From contig NC_068993.1 of assembly GCF_001194135.2 (NCBI RefSeq), positions 16,917,548-16,981,547 of the forward strand: a DNA stretch of 64,000 bases. Direction: 5' to 3'. Shown in pieces: positions 12,027 through 24,831 of the stretch. Source of the stretch: Octopus bimaculoides. Taxonomy: Eukaryota. Under the pieces are notes generated by a model, which saw only the letters and a list, made by a program, of their open reading frames with translations, was not told the origin of the DNA and did no database searches. How positions within the stretch are numbered: the first letter of the stretch is position 1; every line of letters starts with the position of its first letter. Made by a program: the position numbers and the translations under genes.

Positions 12027-12467
12027 AGCAGCTAACTGGCAGAATCATTAGCAAGTTGGGAAAAATGCTAAACGGCATTTCATCTGTCTCTACATTTTGA
12101 GTTCAAATTCTTCCAAGGTTCACTGCTTTTCATCTTTTGGAGTCAATAAAATAAGTACCAGTTGTGTACTGGAAGCAATGTAATCAGCTAGCATCCTCTG
12201 CCACAATTGCTGGCCTTGTGCCAAAATTTGGAACCAATATATTACTGGTACTTTAAGGTGGCAACCTGGCAGAATCATTAGCAAGCCAAGCAAAATGTTT
12301 AGTGGCATTTCATCCATCTTTATGTTCTGGGTTCAAATTCCACCGAGGTTGACTTTGCTTTCATATTTTCAGGGTCGATAAAATAAATACCAGTTGAGTA
12401 CTAATGTTAATGTAATCGACTAGCACCCTCCCCTGAAATTGCTGGCCTTGTGCCAAAATTTGAAACC
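12027..12467 (+). mobile_element. Head-to-tail dimer of family B SINEs, bracketed by three copies of a ~21-bp motif
   Basis: Copies ~12027-12235 and ~12257-12467. Motif aatatattac(a/t)ggtactt(t)aa at 12006, 12236 and 12468. Confidence 0.8.
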
Positions 12468-12629
12468 AATATATTACTGGTACTTAATCATATTAATCCT
12501 AGAGGCAGCTAAAAGCAGAACCTGATATAGTTTGAAATCAAATACGAAATGAAAGAAATTTTTTCTTTGCTTTTTTTTTTAAAAACTGTTTAAACCCCCC
12601 AGGAGTGATAAGACAAATATTGTTATGTT

Positions 12630-12870
12630 CCTTCTGAACAGTTCCAAATTGATAGCTGGGGAGGAAAAAAAAATTGCAAGGATGAAATTCCAGAGGGATA
12701 ATGTTCTGAGGAATAAGGATTAGGTGTTATTGTTGTTAGTGCAGAATCTGGGGCATAGGCAGACACAGTATAGGAGACAAGAGAGTTGGGAATACCTGAG
12801 AGGAGATGGTACAAGGCCAGGTAGTTCTGAAGAGCAGTCCAAGTAAATGCTAAAACAAATGTTTAGCTTT
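12630..12870 (-). mobile_element. Decayed LINE ORF2 C-terminal relic (Jockey/CR1-group)
   Basis: CSSELPGLVP (12836-12807) followed by FFPQLSIWN, cf. CSSEL..LVP...SFFPRT..LWN. Confidence 0.55.
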
Positions 12871-14370
12871 CTCTCTCTTTTCGTGGTGCAAGTCATTTGG
12901 GTTTGTGTGTGTGTAAAGTGGACAAGAGATAAATTTCTTCAGAATAAGATGCTAATCTATATTCATTAACATTCCTTGACAATTTTGGTACATATTCTCC
13001 AAACAGATGAGTAAAATAAGGTGCATGTTATTAAGAGCCACTGACTGACTGAATTCATAACAAAATGCTTGGAATGGATTTAAACTCCAAACTTACAATA
13101 TGGTTCTCCCGTATTATATATTTCATAAGGCAAAATTTACTGCCATGAATATCTAATTATTTTTGCCAACTCTTTGATTTCTTTTGACCATCACCACCAT
13201 CTTCACTATCATCATCTGTTTCCCATGGTAACACAGGTTGGACTATTTAACAGGAACTGACGAACCAAGGGACTGTGCTGTGCTCCAATGTCTACTTTAA
13301 CATGGTTTCGACTTGGGATCATTTTTAATGATGCAACAATGATAATTTATGCAGGAAAAGGGAGATGTAGTTAATTGATTGACACCTACTGTGAAATCCA
13401 GAAAGTAGGTATTAGATCTATAAATTTGAGTTTATTTTGAAGTAGAAGTATAGTTAGTACTACAAATTCTTCTCAACAACAAAACAGTGACAACATGGGT
13501 ATATACAATGTTGTTGCTTACCCTCATCACTTTTTATTATTCAGACATAGAATCACAAGATCTTGGTTTCAATTTCTGAACCAGCAGTGTGTTGTGTTCT
13601 TGAGCAAAAGACTCCAATTCACATTGCTCTGCGATAACTTCAACATCTGACATGTGCACCTGTGAAAGCAATCATCAGTTTCATTAAGATAGTGAGCTAA
13701 TATACAGCACAAACACTTTACCACTATAAGCAAGTCTGTGAGTGACCACCATGTGTGTGTGTTGTTGTATGCATATATCTTTCAACAAGGTGCATCAGCC
13801 AGGGGATATTAACATTGGTAAATAACCAGTGCTCTCCAAATGAAGTCCTTTGCACTGAATTATAGTCGATCTCTTGTCACTATTTCACTCAGGAACACAT
13901 TAAACAAGCAAAACAAGTGATTGGAAACCTGTAACTAACATTAATATTTTTCACAGATCTGATATCAAATAAATAAAGCATTTGAATAAACAAGTAATTG
14001 TTAGTTAATAGCATTCAGCTTTTGCTCATCATAACAATTAATTATTGTCTTGATACTGTGACTAATGTTGTTACATCTTTGTTAATTGTTATGTTCTTTT
14101 TATCTTGTCTATATTATTACATCACAATATGGCGAATTAGTAGAATTATTTGAGTGGTGGACAAATTCCTTGACAAAGTGTTATCTAGTTACAGCTGTTT
14201 ATGTTCTAAGTTCAAATACCATCAGGCTCCATTTTGTCATTCATTTTTTGAGGGTCAACTAATAAATGTACCAGCCAAATACTGGGGCAATCCAACCAAC
14301 TGTATTCTCATCACCACAAAAAAAAAAAAAAATTTGTAGCTTAGTACTAATGCTAGAAATCAATATCATT

Positions 14371-14592
14371 ATCATCATCATCATTTTAACATCCACTTTT
14401 CCATGCTTCCATGGGTTGGACTGAGTTTGTTGGAGAAGATTTTCCAGGGTTAGGTGCCCTTCCTATGACCAACCTTCATCTGTTTCCAAATAAAATAATG
14501 TTTTCTCTTGGCCAGACATGTTTTTACAGGAAATGAACGACACTGCTTGCATGACAGTGACACTCGTTTACAACTATCATGCAAGGAGACAC
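14371..14592 (-). mobile_element. Family C (body type C2) RTE-tailed repeat
   Basis: (CAT)n ttttaacatccacttttccatgcttccatgggttggac...ggccagacatg. Confidence 0.75.
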
Positions 14593-14949
14593 TAGCACAC
14601 ACATACATGTGTGTGTGTGAACTCAGAATGTAAAGACAGACGAAATACCGCTAAGCATTTCGTCCGGCATGCTAACGTTTCTACCATCTCACTGCCTTAC
14701 ATCATAAAGATATTAAGAAGCAAATGGATCACCTTTGTTTGTCATTATATTTTCCTTCAAGATGCTTGAGATGTTGACTTTTTTTTGCTTTTTGTTTTGT
14801 TTTCAGTGTTAACCATAAACTCCAAGGACTGGTGGTGTTTTCGTTAAGCTCCAGGTCAGTCCTGATCAGGCACACTGATCAGTCAACCATGACCATCCTG
14901 TTGTTAATTTCAATCCTGCACGTAATGTTTCTTTCCTTTTATAAAATGA

Positions 14950-14973
14950 CAGTTTCCTGTTAATCACACACTG

Positions 14974-15004
<31 letters not shown>

Positions 15005-15069
15005 TGAAAGCGGATGTTAAACGATGATGATGATGATAATGATGACAGTGTGTGATTAACAGAAAACTG
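14950..15069. repeat. Micro inverted duplication around an 18-bp family C 3' terminus
   Basis: 25-bp unique arms (24/25 complementary) plus (CAT)n/(GAT)n arms. Centre tgaaagcggatgttaaac. Confidence 0.85.
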
Positions 15070-15784
15070 CCTGCTATTTCTAGCAGGTTGAGTGACTGCA
15101 TATAGGTTTCCTTGTTGGTCTGCAATCTACAAGGCTTGGATATTGCCATACTTAAAAATAAAAAGAAAGAAGAAATAATAGCATCAATTAATATTGGTTT
15201 TTTTTTTTTTACATAGTATATTATCTGAATATACTTTGGAATTTTTCTTATTTCTTTTAAATATTAAATACACATTCTCGAAGCCAGTGCTGTAGCATGG
15301 GCTTGGCTGTGATAGCTAAAACAAACTGTAAGACTAAAGAACCTGCAACATTGTCTTAGTATCAAAGTAGTTGGTATCTTATAATATTTTTTCTTACTCA
15401 CGCATGGTATGTGTGTGTGATTTAGTGTGTTTACCTCATAGCTCTACACCTAAATACTTCATTTAGTACAGCGAGTCAACACTTTTACCGATAAAACCTT
15501 CATAAAAATGTAAAATATATCTAGACTTATCTCCTGTATTTACCAATGAAAAAGAAAATAAAATTAATATGTGCTATCAACTAATATCTTTTTTCACTTT
15601 TTTTTCTGCATATCTGAATATATCTTAGCTTTTTAATAATATTAAGTATACTTTCATCTACTTAACTGTCCATTTGCAACAATCTGTTTGTGACATCTCT
15701 AGCATGAGTAGAACCATTTCATGCAGAAGTTTTCTTTAGTTTAAACATTTTTCATAGTATTAATAATACTCAGCGCAAGATGTT

Positions 15785-15985
15785 ATTGTTGTTGTTTAGA
15801 CCCAAGTCAGCTTTCATCATACTGATTCACAATCAAAGACACTCTTGCCATGACCATCTAGTCTTTTACCTTCTTTTGTTATGGTGGTAGTTACATTATC
15901 AACTATGTTCCTTTTTTAAGAAGCTAGGTGTGATTTGAGCGATGTTTGACTGTTGCTTCTAGTAATTTAAGTGACCCTTTAGAGG
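15785..15985 (-). mobile_element. Family E repeat
   Basis: ttgttgtttagacccaagtc...ttgactgttgcttctag. Confidence 0.65.
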
Positions 15986-16726
15986 TTTCTTAATTCACTC
16001 GGGGTAAAATGTTGTGATGTTAGGTAGCATTAACAGTGTTCAGTGAAATAAAGTGATTTGACATGGCTTGAAATTGGGTCGTAGACTCAGATCAGAATAG
16101 CGCTTACTCTCACACATCACATCACAAGTAAACTCTAAGTAGTAAAAGATGTATGAAGTTATAGCTCTGATCCTCTCTCTCTCTCTCTCATCTGTTGAGT
16201 ATTTATTATTCTGCTGCAACATATTTCGAACAATCTAAATGGCAGTAAAACACAAGGCAACATTAATACTAACAGAAGTTTAGAAATAAAGAGATAGTTT
16301 CTGAGAATTCTCCTTCATAAGTTTCAAGTCAAATGGAAAGAGATATATTATTCACATGTCCACTATGCGCTTCACAAAATCTATTGTGTATGGCAATGAA
16401 AACATTCTGCTGAGTTATAAAAAGCTACTTCAAAGACTCATTAAAAATACCCTTCAAAGACTACAGCATTAACATTACAGTTTGGAAACTACTGGTTACA
16501 ACATCCTAAATTCATGAACGGAGGCCAAAGCTACTGAGAAACTAATAAGTAGGAAGAAAATCCCACTAAAAGCAGTCTGTCCAAAATCACAACCATTTGG
16601 CTCTTGGATGCCATTATCAGAGTCCACTCTATTGTAAGCATTTGGCCCAGGTTTCTGATATGAAGAAAATCTATTATTAAAGTTGTGTTCCCTCCTTTTC
16701 CTCAACCCTTCCTCTTTTGACCACAC

Positions 16727-16728
<2 letters not shown>

Positions 16729-16775
<47 letters not shown>
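16729..16775. repeat. (ATT)n microsatellite
   Basis: Direct reading. Confidence 0.95.
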
Positions 16776-17322
16776 ATATAAGACTTCAAATTTTGTCCAT
16801 GTGTGCACTACATATGGAGGAGACATCTTCACCTAGATTGACCTGACCTGGCTAGTCTTCTTTGAGTATGCTATTATTTGTAATTATCTGAGATCATAAT
16901 CATCATTTGCCTGCAGTAGATGATTAACATAGGATTAATTAATTACAAAGAATTTAATGGAAAATAATTTAGTCTTTCTCTAGTTATTTGAATTCATTAA
17001 AATAATTATGTTGTGTTATTGGAATTCATTAAAATAATTTACTACTGTTGCATTATTAGAAGTTTGCTAAGAGAGAGAAAAAGTACGGCCATGGAAAGCA
17101 GATTATTGTTGATACTATTTTGAAAGTATGGTCATGTGAAAGGAAGAAATAATACTTCTTACTGCACAGGCATGATTGTGTGGTAAGAAGCTTGCTTCCC
17201 AACTGCATGGTTCCAGGTTCAGTCCCACTGCATGGCACCTTGGGCAAATGTTTTTTACTATAGCCTCAGGCTGACCAAAGCCTTGTGAGCGGATTTGATA
17301 GACGCAAACTGAAAGAAGCCCG

Positions 17323-17470
17323 AACGGACAGACGCCCGGTCTGTCCGTGCCCGCCACCTCCGCCGTTCGTACGCACTCTTCCTCGCCCGTTCCTGCCTGC
17401 CTGCTTGCCGCCCTCACCGTCATTGCCTCTGTGGCCGCCGCCGCCATCTTCAGTCAGCATTCGCTCTGTG
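17323..17470. other. CpG-rich, GC-rich segment of unknown origin
   Basis: Many intact CpGs. 10-bp perfect hairpin ACGGACAGAC/GTCTGTCCGT (17324-17348). YY1-like CCGCCATCTT near 17440-17450. Confidence 0.7.
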
Positions 17471-17845
17471 AATCGGGATGGCACCTGTGCCCAGCGTCGC
17501 CTTTCTGGCACTTGTGTCCGTGGCATGTGTAAGGACTTTTGAGCGAGATCGTTGTCAGTGCCCCTGGACTGGCTCTTGTGTGGGTGGCACATAAAATACA
17601 CTATTTTGAGCATGGCCGTTGCCAGTACCGCCTGACTGGCCTTCATGCCGGTGGCACGTAAAAGCACCCACTACACTCTCAGAGTGGTTGGTGTTAGGAA
17701 GGGCATCCAGCTGTTGAAACTCTGCCAAATCGGATTGGAGCCTGGTATAGCCATCTGGTTTCACTAGTCCTCAGTCAAATCGTCAAATCGTCCAACCCAT
17801 GCTAGCATGCAAAGCGGACGTTAAACGATGATGATGATGATGATA
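17470..17845 (+). mobile_element. Family C (body C1) RTE 3' UTR with (GAT)n tail
   Basis: gttgccagtaccgcctgactggcc...taggaagggcatccagctg...gcggacgttaaacgatgatgat. Confidence 0.8.
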
Positions 17846-18114
17846 TATATATATATATGTGTGTGTGTATCTTTGTATTTGTCCCCCACCATAGCTTAAG
17901 AGTTCAGCAAAAGAGATCGATAAAATATGTACCAGCCTTAAGAAAAAAATAAATGTAGTGGGGTTGATTTTTTTGAACTAGGTGATGCCCCAGCATCACC
18001 AGTCTTTACTGAAACAAGTAAAAGATAAGTGGGCAGTTTTTTAATATATTTTTGTTTCACTTTAAGCAGCTAAATCCTATATAATCTTGAAATCTTAATA
18101 ATAATAATGATTCT

Positions 18115-18330
18115 TTCTAAATTTGGCACAAGGTCAGCAATTTTGAAGGGAGGGCGCAAATTGATTACATCAACCCCAATATTTGACTGGTATTTCATTT
18201 TATTGAATCAGAAAGAATGAAAGCCAAAATTGACCCCCAATGGTATTTGAAATCAGAATGCAAAGAGCTGGAAGAATTGCCACCAAGCATTTTGGCCAAT
18301 GCACTAATGTTTCAGCCAGATTGCTGTCTT
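18115..18330 (-). mobile_element. Family B SINE
   Basis: atttggcacaaggtcagcaatttt...gattacatcaacccc...aagcattttggcc. Confidence 0.7.
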
Positions 18331-18377
18331 AATTATAATTACCATAATAATTATTTCCGACTTAGGTACAACTTTAG

Positions 18378-18595
18378 GTAAAAGCACCCAAGCGGTGTCA
18401 CATAAAAGCACCTGTACAGTGCCACGTAAAAGCCCACAGTACACTCAGTAAAGTGGTTGACATTAGGAAGGGCATCCAGTTGTAGAAACCATGCCAAATC
18501 AGACTGGAATTTGGTGCAGCACCCCAGCTTGTCAGCTCTGGTCACACCATCCAACCCATGCCAGCATAGACAGTGGATGTTAAATGATGATGATG
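18378..18595 (+). mobile_element. Family C RTE-tailed repeat (variant body)
   Basis: gccacgtaaaagccc...ttaggaagggcatccag...ggatgttaaatgatgatgatg. Confidence 0.75.
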
Positions 18596-18714
18596 AAGAC
18601 TAGGCAATACCATCATCTCTAGTACTTTATTTTATCAACCCCAGAAGGATGAAAAAGCAAAATTCTACTTGTTCACTACTTCCCTAATAATAAAAACAAT
18701 ATGTAGTATTATGT

Positions 18715-19050
18715 ACGAAGGTGCATGGCTCAGTGGTTAGAGAGTCCGGTGCACAATCATAAGGTAGTGAGTTTGATTCTTGAACCGGGTTGTGTGTTGT
18801 ATCCTTGAGCAAGACACTTTATTTCACGTTGCTCCAGTTCACTCAGTTGTAGAAACGTGTTGCGACGTCACTGGTGACAAGCTGTATCAGCTTGGCCCTT
18901 TCCCTTGGACAACATCGGCAGCATGGAGAAAGGAAGCTGGTATTCATGGGCATTTGATGGTCTTCCATAAACAACCTTGCTCAGACTTGTGCCTCTGGAG
19001 AGTAACTTTGTAGGTGCAATCCCATGGTCATTCATGACCGAAGGGGGCCC
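18715..19050 (+). mobile_element. tRNA/CORE SINE with a family D head and an alternative tail
   Basis: gaaggtgcatggctcagtggttagag, CORE ccttgagcaagacactttatttcacgttgctccag, tail ending gaccgaagggggccc. Confidence 0.75.
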
Positions 19051-19264
19051 TACTAGTATTATGTGACCCCACCCGTCAACTCTTGGAGTGGTTATTTCAC
19101 TCTTTCTATGGTGTGAGAGACACATTTCATCGTTTTGTAGTACAAATCATGTATATCAAAGGTCAAAGGTTTTAAAGTTCAGAAGTGGTCGTTGCAGATA
19201 TGTCATTAAACAGTGAAATTAATGCTAAACGAAACATTACAGTAATTTACATTACAGTATTTCA

Positions 19265-19645
19265 TTTTGTCTTTTGTTTCAATCATTGGGATGTGTCCAT
19301 GCTGGGGCATCACATTGAAAGGTTTTAGTCAAGCAGGTTGACCACCAGTACTTATTTTTTTCTAAGTCTGGTACTTATTTTACCCATCTGTTTTGCCGAA
19401 CCTCTAAGTTATGGGAACATAAACAAACCAACACCAGTTGTCGAGTGATGGTGGAGGGACAAACACTGATGCATGCACACATACACACTCACGTATGCAT
19501 ACAACAAGCTTACTCTCAGAGTTGTACCAAATCCATTCACAAGGCACTGGTCAACCCAGGGCTTTCTTAGCCCAGATTCCATGCAATGGGACTGAACCTA
19601 AAACTATTTGATTGAGAAGCAAACTTCTTAACCACACAGCTATGA
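19265..19645 (-). mobile_element. Family A SINE
   Basis: Reverse-complement tail through head cttcttaaccacacagc. Confidence 0.75.
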
Positions 19646-20540
19646 TTTCTTAAACTGACACAGGGCTGCAAGTGTGCAGTTGATCAAATCAACTCCATTA
19701 TGTATCCTTTAGTTGCTACCTCGATATATCTAACCAACAAAGGAGCCACTTCATGACTTTTAACCTGCTAGAAATAGCAGACAAATCTCCCTCAAATCAT
19801 ATCCTGCACTATGGCTGAATAAAAGGCAGGGTAGTCATAACTGGAATGCTTTTGATTATAAGTATCCTCAACCAAAACTGATATGATCTAAACAATAACA
19901 ATAACTTCAGCATAGAGTTTGTAATCAAATCTTCTCCTGTGTGTTTTGGGATAAGGACTTTATTTTCCATTAACCTAGCTCTCAGAATAGACCCCAGATC
20001 ATCTGGGAATTTAATCTGTGGTAACTCTATATTCTGTCCAGGAGAAGATTTATCACTCATTCGCATAAAGCCATGAAACTTAAGTTAAGTACCAACACTT
20101 AAAAGCTTCTCAGGGCTGAAGAAGAATTCATAGTTTTACGTTTCAATTTACAATATATGCCTTGTATTTATTTTATTAAGCCCAAGGGACAGAAAATGAA
20201 AAACCTTGCCCAAAAATCTAACATGAGCAGTAAGGTTTTTTAATTTTGTCATGAGGCCACAAATTTAAGGAAAGAGTTTTAGTTGATTTAACTGATCATA
20301 GTATGTGACAACAGATACTTATTTTATTGATCCTATGGGGAAGAAAGACAAAGCCTACTCCATTACAATTTGAGCTTACAAAATACAGAGACAAGACTAT
20401 AGATGTTATAAAGTACATAGTTAGATGCTCTACCAATTATGTTATTTCACTATCCTAATAATAATTTCTCATGTCAGCACATGACTGTAAAATGTGTTGG
20501 GGAGAGGTCTTCAATTGAATTAACCCTGTACATGACTGAA

Positions 20541-20541
20541 T

Positions 20542-20634
<93 letters not shown>
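20541..20634. repeat. (GT)n(GA)n microsatellite
   Basis: Direct reading. Confidence 0.95.
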
Positions 20635-20637
<3 letters not shown>

Positions 20638-20825
20638 GGCAGAATTGTTAGCATGCTGGGCAAAATGCTTAGCGGCATTTTGTCTGTCTTCACATTCTGA
20701 GTTCAAATTCTGGCATGGTCCACTTTGCCTTTCTTCCTTTCAAGGTTGATAAAATAAGTACTAGTTGAGCACGAGGTTGATGTAATTGATTTAGCCGCTC
20801 CCCCAAAATTGCTGGCCTTATGACA
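20634..20825 (+). mobile_element. Family B SINE
   Basis: ggtggcagaattgttagcatgctgggcaaaatgcttagcggc...ccccaaaattgctggcc. Confidence 0.8.
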
Positions 20826-20982
20826 GCAATTATGCCAAAATAGGAAGCCATTATCATAAAGGAGAATGATGGGCAAAGTAAGTCCTGTTACTGTTTTAAA
20901 TTAGAAGAAACAGGGATAGAATTATACACCGTAAAGTATTTTAGTCCAAGGTTCTTTCAGTTTTGGAACCTCTATGTGGATC

Positions 20983-21240
20983 CTTGACTTGCTAGAAATA
21001 GCAGACAAATATCTTTCAGATCAAACGTTACCATCCTAGAAAAGAAGACTACATTGGATGATGTGTGATCTTAGAGGTTACTGTTTCTAGAAGAAAAAAA
21101 GATGTTTCAAAATATATAGATACTTGACTTGCAAGAAATAGCAGGCAAATATCCTTCAAATTATACCCTACCATCTTAGAAAATAAGACTACATTAGATT
21201 ATGTGACCCTAATTGTACTACATCTTGGGGGGAAAAAATG
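20983..21240 (+). repeat. Tandem duplication (period ~140 bp) of a family E 5' segment
   Basis: cttgacttgc(t/a)agaaatagcag starts at 20983 and again at 21123. Confidence 0.75.
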
Positions 21241-21268
21241 AGTTTTCAGTATACAAGACAATGCTGCC

Positions 21269-21631
21269 AGACTAACAAAACTTGCTTCAGCATTGAATAT
21301 GTTTCAGCTATAGTAATAATACATGTTTCGATAATGAATATATCACAGCTAGTTTCAATATTGGACTTATCGCAGGTAGACTAATAAATATATGCTTCAA
21401 TATTGAACATATCCCAGCTAGATAAATAAATGCAAATGTCAGTACTGAGCATATCATAGCTAGTTTGGCACTACATGTCTCAATATTGAACAGCTAGATT
21501 AATAAATACATGTGTCAGCATTGAAGATATCTCAAATAGACCAACAGTACATGCTTCAGTATTGAAAATATCCCAGTTAGTCTAAAAATACATGCTTCAA
21601 TATTGGAAATATCCCTGCTAAACTAATAAAT
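21269..21631. repeat. Degenerate 42-bp minisatellite (~9 units)
   Basis: Approximate consensus ctaataaatacatgcttcaatattgaacatatcccagctaga. Confidence 0.85.
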
Positions 21632-22457
21632 CCAAAAAAAGTAAGAAAGAAAGAAAGGAATATTAAATCCATCATCAATTACAATTCTGTAGTTTTCACC
21701 ACTAACCCTGTACCTATCTCTGTCTTTTTCTCTCATTAAATTACCTCATTATTGATGGATAGATTTTGCATGTGTTTATTATTGTATTTGTTAATAATAA
21801 TAATAACAGAAGCATTATTATTATCAACATCTTCATCATCATTTTCTATTGTCCCTCTCATCCTTTGCCCTGGTGGCGAATAAAAGAAATCATTATTATT
21901 GTTATCAATAATAATAATGATAATTTTTCATTTTAATTGCTCTGGCATGTAGTCTACTTATCACTTAACTGGCATATCACTCCATCCTTTGATAATACAG
22001 AACATTAATTCCTTATTTTTACGTTCTGCTATACTGTAGCCTTTAACCATTATTACTTAGATTATTAACAAATTGATGTACATTTCACAGAAGCAAAGTA
22101 CTTCATTCATTTTTTTTTCCTTTTTTGTTTTATCTCTTTCCTCCCATCTAATCTAAGAATCTAATGAGAAGATCTGAAGCATTTTTTGCTTCCACCCTGC
22201 CAAAATTTGGATCATTCTTCCATCATATTTGATCATCATAAGTATAACTGCTTAACATCACTATATTTTTTGTATTTTTAATTTTTGGTTTTATAAATCA
22301 TTTTACAACTATATTTTTTTAATAAGTATTCGCATGGGTTAGATAGTATTATAATTATCCATATTTGTAAAAGCTCTTAGTATGTGTTTCACTCTGGTAT
22401 CTCTAATTGTCTGACTGCTACTACAGGACATAAAAGGACAAAGACATAGACTACATA

Positions 22458-22504
<47 letters not shown>

Positions 22505-22507
22505 GTG

Positions 22508-22811
22508 TGAAAGCAAGTGGCCTAGTGGTTAGGGTGTTGCACTCATGTTTGTTAGATTGTAGGTTCAGTTCCTGGACCAGACAACACTTTACATTCTTGA
22601 GCAAAGCACTTCATTTCACATTGCTCTGAAATCATTTCAAAATCTGACATGTGGCACACTTGTGCACTTTGTACAGGAAATGCTGGTTTGATGGAGGGAG
22701 TGAACTTATGTGAACACAAACATTTGATCAATATAAGCAAATCATCTGTGTGGTTGTTCAGCAAGAAATTGGAAAAACCCTTGTCCATTGTTTAATGATG
22801 GAAGAGTCCAT
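22508..22811 (+). mobile_element. Family D SINE downstream of (AT)n
   Basis: gtggcctagtggttagggtgttgcactc...gaagagtccataatatatat. Confidence 0.8.
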
Positions 22812-22975
22812 AATATATATGACAGGCTTCTACACAGTTCCTGTCTATTAAATTCTACTTGGAAGATATTGGCCAATCCAAGGCCATAGCAGAAGAGACA
22901 ACTGCCCCTTCTTTTGACTTTCTGGAAGATTGGATGTAGTAAGAAACTCTGAGTAGTAAAGACAGATGAAATACC

Positions 22976-23659
<684 letters not shown>

Positions 23660-24831
23660 ATGAATCTAAAGGAGCTTTGTTTTGCTATTTCTGACCATAT
23701 AAAAGTTCTGTCATTTATTCAAGAAGGGCTAAAGAGGAACAAACGAGTCATCACCATTTCTGTCAGTGTGAGTGAGTATGGTTAGCAAGGAAAGAAAGTT
23801 GGTCATTAAAATAGGAAAGAGGAGGAAAGAGCATCAAAAATGAAACCAACACATGTCATACAACTGAGCATGTGTCATCATTGTCATGGTGGTGGTGTCC
23901 GCTTTACATTTGCTTTTTACGCTGGCATGAGTTGGATGGGTTGTTGCTACTCTCTTAGATGGGTTGAAGGACCACATCTTTTTCATCTTATTATTTTCCT
24001 TTTGTTTCTCCTCTTTTTCCCTTTAGCTTGTTTCCCCACCACTGTCATACCCTATGACAGGAATTCTATATATGTGCGTGTATGTGTGTTATATATGTGT
24101 GTATATGTGTGCGTATGCATGAGCGTGTGTGTAAATTGCATCATTTCTTCTGTCGTAACTTGCCTGAAGGACCCTGTTCAACCACAGATTTATTTCCTGC
24201 AAGTTTGACAAATACCTGACAATGAAATTGTTGATTTCCAGATAAGAAAGAAAATGTGTGCCAATATTTATTACTTTCCCAAAGGTATTAAAGAAATTGG
24301 TAAAACACTGACTTCAGCATTATGTGGAACATGTTCTGGTTTCCATCTTTTCAGAATTAAAATAGTACCAATTACATTTTGAGTTTGGTAATATTGGCCT
24401 GTACTCCTTCCTCTTCAAACTTGTATCTTTCCATCAATTCAATGTTAGAAGAATGGGCAAAATTTTTAGAGCAACAGATATAATGCCTTGCAGTGTTAGT
24501 TAGAGTTCCTTATTTCCTGAGTTCCAATCCTGCTATGGTCAACTTTGATCAAATAAAGTAACAGTCAAATACTGGAGTCAATATAATTGATTATTCTCTT
24601 TTCTGAAATATCTAGCCTTGTATCTGATTTGACTCTTAGAAAAAATGTTTTGTTGTATATCTTTCACTTCTCGATGGACTCACTTCAAACACTACTGAGA
24701 TTAACTTTGCTTTTCATCTCTCCAGAGTCAATAAAATAAAGCACCAGTCTACTACTTGGGTTGAAGGTATTGACTAATACCATTCCCTCAAAAGTGCTGG
24801 CCTTGTGCCAAAATAAGAAACCATTATAAAA

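Larger units (their letters stand above)
17165..18028 (+). mobile_element. Family A SINE interrupted by a chimeric insert (head ~17165-17322, remainder ~17846-18028)
   Basis: The head ends at gaaagaagccc. After the insert the (AT)n(GT)n and tail ...gaaacaagtaaaagataa resume. Confidence 0.75.

Noticed and set aside
17115-17447. 110-aa ORF MAAAATEAM... as a host gene
   Set aside because: After ~43 codons it runs into antisense SINE A sequence. Kept only as evidence of a possibly captured fragment.
21269-21631. CRISPR-like array
   Set aside because: Contiguous degenerate tandem units with no unique spacers, no cas genes, and a eukaryotic context. The same applies to 37599-37840 and 50159-50248.
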